IMG/VR virus record: IMGVR_UViG_3300027710_000009
Strand: one strand, 5' to 3'
DNA from: a virus
Taxonomy: Duplodnaviria; Heunggongvirae; Uroviricota; Caudoviricetes
DNA: 11,367 nt
The stretch's first letter is position 1; each line of letters starts with the position of its first letter. The translations under genes and the position numbers were made by a program. Below are positions 6,403 through 11,367 of this stretch, piece after piece. The notes below the pieces were generated by a model that made no database searches, had not been told where the DNA came from, and was given only the letters and a program-made list of their open reading frames with translations.

Positions 6403-6698
6403 TATACAGCACTCCCAAACATAGGTCTAGAGTTTGTGCCTGCACCCAGCACACATGCAACCTGTTTGTTGTACTTGATCAGAGTCCATGAGTTTTCTTT
6501 GGTGTTTTCAAACATCATGTATCCTGATCCGTCTCGTGTGTCCTTGCCCGACCATACCGGTTTTTCACCGTAGTTGTTGATGATTGCGTCTATTACAATT
6601 TCTACTTTATCGCAAAGCGATGGATGCATGTATTGAAATGCTTGGGCGTTGACTACGCTGTGCGAGCAGAATAGGAACGCCAGTGCTAGTAATCGCAT
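6402..6698 (-). CDS. Small secreted/periplasmic protein with two Cys, 98 aa
   Basis: AAGGAG SD (6705-6710); signal peptide ending VNA|Q; Cys in PSLC and VACVLG suggest a disulfide. Confidence 0.85.
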   Translation of the reverse strand: MRLLALAFLFCSHSVVNAQAFQYMHPSLCDKVEIVIDAIINNYGEKPVWSGKDTRDGSGYMMFENTKENSWTLIKYNKQVACVLGAGTNSRPMFGSAV

Positions 6699-6717
6699 AA
6701 CTGGCTCCTTAAAGCAG

Positions 6718-6725
6718 TATTTATT
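6718..6725 (-). promoter_or_regulatory. Late promoter-like box AATAAATA overlapping the upstream TAA stop
   Basis: Same 8-mer and same stop-overlapping geometry as 1538-1545; 19 nt before ATG 6698 with an SD in between. Confidence 0.5.
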
Positions 6726-8991
6726 GACGTACTGTTATAGAGCAACCAGCTGGGTTGGTGCAACTTTGGATAATGGTAAAGTTCTTGCCACCTGATTGCT
6801 GTAGATCCAGGGTGGCAGGGCCACCTGCGTTGGTCAAGTCTATGTTGGCTTTGTTTTGCTGTGAGCCTTCTTGTACCACCAATGCGCTGTTGTTGTTACC
6901 AGTTAGGTTGGTTGTGAGTTGATGCTGTCCTGTGCCCTTTTGTACAGCATCAACTGTGTTGTTGTCGCCTGCGATCGTGGTAAACATGATCTTGTTGCCG
7001 TTGTCTGTTTGGCGTTTGGTAACGTTGTTTTGATTGCCATTGATCGTGGTTTCTTGATACTGGCCGCCCAGTGTGGTATTGCTTTGTTGTGTGGTCAATA
7101 CATTTTGATATCCGTTGACGTCCACAGCCTGATAGTGCCCGTTGGTGCCAATTTCTGCACCCAGGGTGTCACGAGCTTGTCCAATATTCAGTGTATTTTG
7201 GTTGCCAATCACACGCAGGTTGATTTCGTTTTGTCCTGCACCTGTGGTTCCTTGTTTGACAGTGACACTGTTGTAGGAACCTTGTACCACAGCGGCACTT
7301 TGCCCAATGCCCGACAATAAATTTTTGCTACCTACTTGTTCAATATCCAAAGTGTTGTTGTTGCCATTGACATCAAGGTTGACGCTGTTGCCTGTGTTTA
7401 ATGTTTTGTTCTGCCAGGTGTCCACACGAGTCTGTTGATCTGTGCCTAGGCCTGCAGAGCTGTTGCCACCCGAAGTAATGATCTCTTGGCCGGTACTGTT
7501 GGTTATGGTAATAGTACCGCCCTCCACAGTGGGGCCCAGTGCCACGCTGGTGCCACTTGTATTGACCACAGCAGAGTTAGAGTACACAATGCCTGTGGTG
7601 TCAATAACAGTCGACTCGGTGATCCAGCCTGTGGTGAATGCAGAGTTAGGAATGCTCATTCTGCCTGCGCCGTAGTCCCATTGAAACCGCATTCCGTATC
7701 CACCCAGATCGTTCCAATACCATGCTTCAAGATTATAAGTTTGTCCAGCAACAACATCTATCCATCCACTAGCAGTGTATCCGCCAATGCTTTGCCATTG
7801 ATTGGTTGACTGGTCATTTATAATTGTGCCGCCATTTACGTTTAGCACAAATCCGTCGTCACTGTTGCTGTAAAAGTACAATCGATACACAGTACCAGCT
7901 GGCCGAGCAACTGTAACAGGAGCAGTGATTGTACCTTTGTAATGTACCAACGTTCCGTCGCCCATGGCTGGGAATGATCCATTTGTAGGAACATATATTC
8001 CACTGTTGGTAACACCTGTGGCAACTTGATTGTATGCACCTGGTGACAAGTTGGGCACACGATAAGGACCAAACAAGTTTTTGGCACAACCAAAAATACT
8101 ACAAGTATAAGTGTACGCATCAAAGTCATACACTCGGTAGGTTAATCCAGTTTGTACATTTTGTGTTGTGGTTGTTACTGCACCGTTGGCTTCGATTGTT
8201 TTGTTGCCATTGGCATCGGTTACTGTGTTGATAGGTGTGGTGTAAACAGTCAGCACACCATTTGTAATCTTGTTAGTTACCACGTTGGACGCAACACGAG
8301 TTTGGTATACAGTTTCAGTGCCATTTGCGTTTGTGGTTGTGCCATCGCTGTAGGTTGTTGTGGTCACAGGTGTGCGATATACAGTAGTTGTGTTACCACT
8401 TACTACATTTCTTGTTGTGTATGTTACTGCGGTTCCTGTTACGGTCACAACAGGCGCGGTTGGCGTTACAGTTTGCCCTGCGGCCAAGGGCGTTGTTGAT
8501 CCACCCTGAGCGTATGTGTTGACTTGTGTTACTGTGGGATTTACTGTACCAGTCCAAGTAACTCCACTAGTGTTAGCAAAGCCTTGTGTCATACTAAACA
8601 ACTGTCCAGTGTTATTATCGTTGCCCACAAAGAAGAAATAGTCTGTGCCCATGTTAATAATGCGGCCAGTTCCCATTACTGCTTTTTGTGTTCCGTTGGC
8701 CGCATATTGAATAGCATTGAATGGATTGGTAGCATCACCTGTTGGTACAAAGGCAACATAGTCGCCTGTGGCCCATGCGAGTTGTCCTGAGGTCCATGGT
8801 ATCTTATACACTGTTCCGGGGTTCTTACTGTAGATTTGGCAAGTGGCTGTGTACATACAGGCGCTGACGTTCCACTGACTGTCGGCAATTTGATATCGTC
8901 CAAACTTTAAGTCAGCCAGACCTGATGCTTGTCCAAATGCAGGCAAGCAAAACAACATTGCAAACACAAACTGTAATAAACGTTTTATCAT
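6721..8991 (-). CDS. Secreted multidomain protein: unknown N-domain + Thr-rich repeats + PA14 domain + C-terminal curlin-like repeats, 756 aa
   Basis: Signal peptide ending AFG|Q. PA14 signature YxGxITAP...FYSNSDDGFVLNVNG...GQTYNLEAWYWN..GG...RFQW (about 7630-8150). Repeated N-x-h-x-h-x-Q-x-G / G-x-x-N strands from about 7390 to the end. ATGA overlap with the FecR gene. Confidence 0.88.
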   Translation of the reverse strand: MIKRLLQFVFAMLFCLPAFGQASGLADLKFGRYQIADSQWNVSACMYTATCQIYSKNPGTVYKIPWTSGQLAWATGDYVAFVPTGDATNPFNAIQYAANGTQKAVMGTGRIINMGTDYFFFVGNDNNTGQLFSMTQGFANTSGVTWTGTVNPTVTQVNTYAQGGSTTPLAAGQTVTPTAPVVTVTGTAVTYTTRNVVSGNTTTVYRTPVTTTTYSDGTTTNANGTETVYQTRVASNVVTNKITNGVLTVYTTPINTVTDANGNKTIEANGAVTTTTQNVQTGLTYRVYDFDAYTYTCSIFGCAKNLFGPYRVPNLSPGAYNQVATGVTNSGIYVPTNGSFPAMGDGTLVHYKGTITAPVTVARPAGTVYRLYFYSNSDDGFVLNVNGGTIINDQSTNQWQSIGGYTASGWIDVVAGQTYNLEAWYWNDLGGYGMRFQWDYGAGRMSIPNSAFTTGWITESTVIDTTGIVYSNSAVVNTSGTSVALGPTVEGGTITITNSTGQEIITSGGNSSAGLGTDQQTRVDTWQNKTLNTGNSVNLDVNGNNNTLDIEQVGSKNLLSGIGQSAAVVQGSYNSVTVKQGTTGAGQNEINLRVIGNQNTLNIGQARDTLGAEIGTNGHYQAVDVNGYQNVLTTQQSNTTLGGQYQETTINGNQNNVTKRQTDNGNKIMFTTIAGDNNTVDAVQKGTGQHQLTTNLTGNNNSALVVQEGSQQNKANIDLTNAGGPATLDLQQSGGKNFTIIQSCTNPAGCSITVRQ

Positions 8992-10094
8992 CGTTGTATC
9001 AGGGTAATGGTAGTACCGCCGCCTTGGTTAACACGGTTCTTGAATTCCAAACTACCTTGTGTTTGATAGATGGTTGAGCTTTGTGTTTGTGGTGTAGTCA
9101 CACATTGTCTGTCACTGCCGGTGTCACGACATAGTGTAATCTGTGGATCATCTTTGGTCACGACAATACCGCTGGACTTTTTGTAGTCAGGCAACATGTT
9201 GTCTGTGTCTTTGAGAAAGTCTTCATTGAGTGAGTTGCCCATTACCTCAAACAAATTGGCAAGATAGTTACTGTCCAAAAAGTTACGACTCAGCTTGTCC
9301 TGATACAAGTTGGCCATTTGTGCTTCTAGCACATTGTCCAAGCCGTCAAATTTGAAAAAGTCTTTGTCCAGAGGATTGTTAGTAGCTTTGATCTCTGTAC
9401 GCCCTTCTCGAATTTCTCGAGGTGGAGAAACAATTATCATGTTGTTGATGGCATCTTCACTTAGTCTTAGTAACACAGGCTTGGCTGGTACTGAACTGCG
9501 ATTTGCCACCCTTGTGGCTTGAAATGCCTGGTTAAGTATCACCTGACCTGCATCGCTTTCTACCACAATGCTTCCTGTTACACAGTTTGCTTCAACATCG
9601 TCTCGTGTTCTTGTTCGGCGATCGTTAGGACAGGATGGAAGCAAGATAATAGTACTTGCTCCAACTTCATCAACTGTGGCTGTGAAATCTGTGCCGCGCA
9701 CACTGATGGTTGCGCTGGGTGTATTGAGTGCTACTTTTTGAGGATCGTTTTTGGCAATTTGGCCACTGGCATAACGCACAGTGCCCAAGGCCATGTTCAA
9801 GGCCAGCTTGCCTGTTTTCTTGTTTGCATCGTAAACAAAGTCATCAATTACCAACTTTGAATTTTCGTTTACTTGTACCTTTGTATTGTCGTCAAAGGTT
9901 ATGCCCACTTTTCCCTGTGCTGTTCGTATCGAGTCCGCCATCTCCACTCCGGTGCCCTTGGCTCCGGTTATGGATTGATTCTTCCTTTGGATCGACGGCG
10001 GCGTGTTCAATTGCTCGGTGATATTCCCTATCCCGGCGTAGCTCTGCGATATAGGCAACAACAGCCCGCATAGTAGTAGCATCCATGTTTTCAT
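8988..10094 (-). CDS. Secreted FecR-domain protein, 368 aa
   Basis: GGAG SD; signal peptide ending SYA|G; FecR pattern DSIRT...ITFDDNTKVQVNENSKL...LGTVRY...TPSATISVRGTDF; acidic linker with L-x-x-D/N-F-L repeats; curlin-like C-terminal strands. Confidence 0.88.
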   Translation of the reverse strand: MKTWMLLLCGLLLPISQSYAGIGNITEQLNTPPSIQRKNQSITGAKGTGVEMADSIRTAQGKVGITFDDNTKVQVNENSKLVIDDFVYDANKKTGKLALNMALGTVRYASGQIAKNDPQKVALNTPSATISVRGTDFTATVDEVGASTIILLPSCPNDRRTRTRDDVEANCVTGSIVVESDAGQVILNQAFQATRVANRSSVPAKPVLLRLSEDAINNMIIVSPPREIREGRTEIKATNNPLDKDFFKFDGLDNVLEAQMANLYQDKLSRNFLDSNYLANLFEVMGNSLNEDFLKDTDNMLPDYKKSSGIVVTKDDPQITLCRDTGSDRQCVTTPQTQSSTIYQTQGSLEFKNRVNQGGGTTITLIQR

Positions 10095-10129
10095 TTATCT
10101 CCCCATTTGAACCAGTCATGCTTTTGAAT

Positions 10130-10897
10130 TTAGTTTCTCTGAATAATAGTGAAGCTGTTGCTATTACCCACGCCTTTGATATTTGTTGTCATATCAATTG
10201 TGCCACTTTGTAGGATGCTCACATTGTTGCTAGAGCCAGTTAAATCAACCTTGGCATAGTGTCCATTTATGCCGCCGCCACTTTGTGTGATGCCAATGAT
10301 GTTGGTTGCGCCAACAGTTACAACATCTACTGTGCCTTTGTCGCCGGTCATTTGTAGAGTTGTTTCGTTACCAGTACCACCAGTTTGATTCACAGTGACC
10401 AAGGTGCTGGCCGCATCAATTGTAGCTGAAATTTTGTTTAGATTGCCATCCTGTATGGATGAAAATGTATTGCTATTACCTTTCATGCTAATCTGTGTGT
10501 CTGTGTTGTTGCCAGTCTGTAGCACGTTGATAGAATTTGCAAGGCTGGTTTTGGTGCCGGCATTGTTCATGTCAATACGTGCAGTATTGTTGTTACCAGT
10601 TACCCGGTATGTAATGCTAGAAGATACTCCGCCCGACTGTCCTGTTTGTGCGCCTAGGTCTAGGGTGTTGCCGCTACCTGTTTGCACCACGTCCACAGTC
10701 AATCCGTCGCCGTAGAGTTTGGCTGCAATATCGTTGCTGGCCGCATTAACGCCTCGTATATAGTTGCTTGAACCATCTTGTGTCATTGTAATCGTAGCGT
10801 TGTCGCCGCTCTGATCAATGTAGATGCTGTTGTCTGCCGAGTAGGCTGACCCAAACACCATTGCAATTACAAAAGCAATAATTTTCTTTTTATACAT
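10130..10897 (-). CDS. Curlin-repeat (CsgA/CsgB-like) secreted protein, 255 aa
   Basis: Signal peptide ending AYS|A. The mature chain is almost wholly imperfect N-x-h-x-h-x-Q-x-G-x-x-N repeats (NSIYIDQSGDN, TITMTQDGSSN, TVDVVQTGSGN, SINVLQTGNN, FSSIQDGNLN, VTVNQTGGTGN); rich in N/Q/G/T/S, no Cys. Confidence 0.88.
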   Translation of the reverse strand: MYKKKIIAFVIAMVFGSAYSADNSIYIDQSGDNATITMTQDGSSNYIRGVNAASNDIAAKLYGDGLTVDVVQTGSGNTLDLGAQTGQSGGVSSSITYRVTGNNNTARIDMNNAGTKTSLANSINVLQTGNNTDTQISMKGNSNTFSSIQDGNLNKISATIDAASTLVTVNQTGGTGNETTLQMTGDKGTVDVVTVGATNIIGITQSGGGINGHYAKVDLTGSSNNVSILQSGTIDMTTNIKGVGNSNSFTIIQRN

Positions 10898-10940
10898 TTT
10901 TGTTGGCCAACTGTTTGTGTAATTGTATTGGCCGCTCCCT
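10898..10940 (-). promoter_or_regulatory. Putative split ribosome-binding site: SD - hairpin - ATG
   Basis: Minus strand reads AGGGAG C GGCCAA tacaattacacaaacag TTGGCC AACAAAA ATG. There is no SD at normal spacing. Confidence 0.55.
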
Positions 10941-10965
10941 TTTGTTGTTTTCTTTTTTGCTCCTC

Positions 10966-11367
10966 TTACTTTGATGGCGGAGTGTCAGGTGTAAGAACTA
11001 TATCTCTGACATACCCTTTCTTGCCGTCTTTGGTTTTTACAAAAATCCAACCTTCAGGAGAAGATTGAGTTTCTACCAGAAACGCTTGGCCTTTCTTCAA
11101 TAACCAAGTACGCTGTGATTTTTCATTTGGCTCTTTGTAAACATACGCATCTTGATTGAGATACATTAGTTTATCTTTTGGTAACTCACCTTTGAATTCA
11201 GGCTTGCTAGCTTTTGGAACTAGTCCTACACCATTGTCAGTGGCCTTTAGGGTCGCTTCTACTCGATCAGTAATATCAGTAACTGTGACTTTTGCTACTT
11301 CTTCTTTGATGACAGATTTTTCGCTTCCTGCATTGCTTTCTGACTTGCCGGGCTCGATCGCTGTGGT
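10966..11367 (-). CDS. C-terminal part of a larger protein: low-complexity linker + bacterial SH3 (SH3b)-like domain
   Basis: The frame is open from the window edge (TTAIEPGKSESNAGSEKSVIKEEVAKVTVTDITDRVEATLKATDNGVGLVPKASKPEFKGELPKDKL-MYLNQDAY...), so the track's ATG 11166 is probably internal. SH3b pattern: AYVYKEP...LLKKGQ.F.V.....GWIFVKT.DGKKGYV. Confidence 0.8.
   Translation of the reverse strand, partial: TTAIEPGKSESNAGSEKSVIKEEVAKVTVTDITDRVEATLKATDNGVGLVPKASKPEFKGELPKDKLMYLNQDAYVYKEPNEKSQRTWLLKKGQAFLVETQSSPEGWIFVKTKDGKKGYVRDIVLTPDTPPSK

Noticed and set aside
5002-10715. The many alternative-frame and antisense ORFs inside the cyclase, GT-like, fusion, FecR and curlin genes
   Set aside because: Expected by-products of Thr/Asn/Gly-rich codon usage (Cys/Val/Leu-rich translations), with no independent support.
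6721-10897. Recurrent GTTGTTGCC / TTGTTG runs as a DNA repeat or CRISPR array
   Set aside because: They are Gly-Asn-Asn and Thr-Thr codons of the protein repeats; there is no fixed repeat-spacer periodicity.
1-11367. CRP/cAMP-responsive sites (TGTGA-N6-TCACA)
   Set aside because: The TGTGA hits I checked by eye are all intragenic and lack a good second half-site; a PWM scan would be needed to exclude weak sites.
1-11367. Stop-codon reassignment as in some large phages
   Set aside because: TAA, TAG (2562, 2627) and TGA (1959, 6274, 8988) all end genes at natural boundaries, and code 11 gives near-complete coding density.

Overview
This gene-dense window uses the standard genetic code and most likely comes from a large T4-like tailed phage of a Gram-negative host. 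That origin is inferred from TAAATA/TATAAATA late-promoter boxes in front of several genes, many small hypothetical genes and TAATG/ATGA-coupled ORFs. Left end: a partial minus-strand ORF and a compact divergent promoter region (221-319). Plus-strand block (320-2562): four membrane proteins, two of them gaplessly alignable paralogues, and an alpha/beta-hydrolase. The convergent gap (about 2545-2625) holds three back-to-back hairpins that look like a structured RNA. The minus-strand block (beyond 11367 down to 2627) reads: partial protein with C-terminal SH3b domain (possibly CsgG-like; inference), curlin-repeat protein, secreted FecR-domain protein, 756-aa PA14-lectin/curlin-repeat fusion, 98-aa secreted protein, 42-aa membrane peptide, DUF6492-like glycosyltransferase-fold protein, CHASE2 class III adenylate cyclase, and S11 D-Ala-D-Ala peptidase. 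The main hypothesis is a phage-encoded lectin-bearing curli-like fibre coupled to trans-envelope cAMP signalling. I recall curli operons having been noted in marine myophage genomes, so the fibre itself may not be new; the sensing circuit and the sub-features below are the parts worth testing. No tRNA, rRNA, CRISPR array or mobile element was seen. All family calls come from motif recognition by eye, not database searches.
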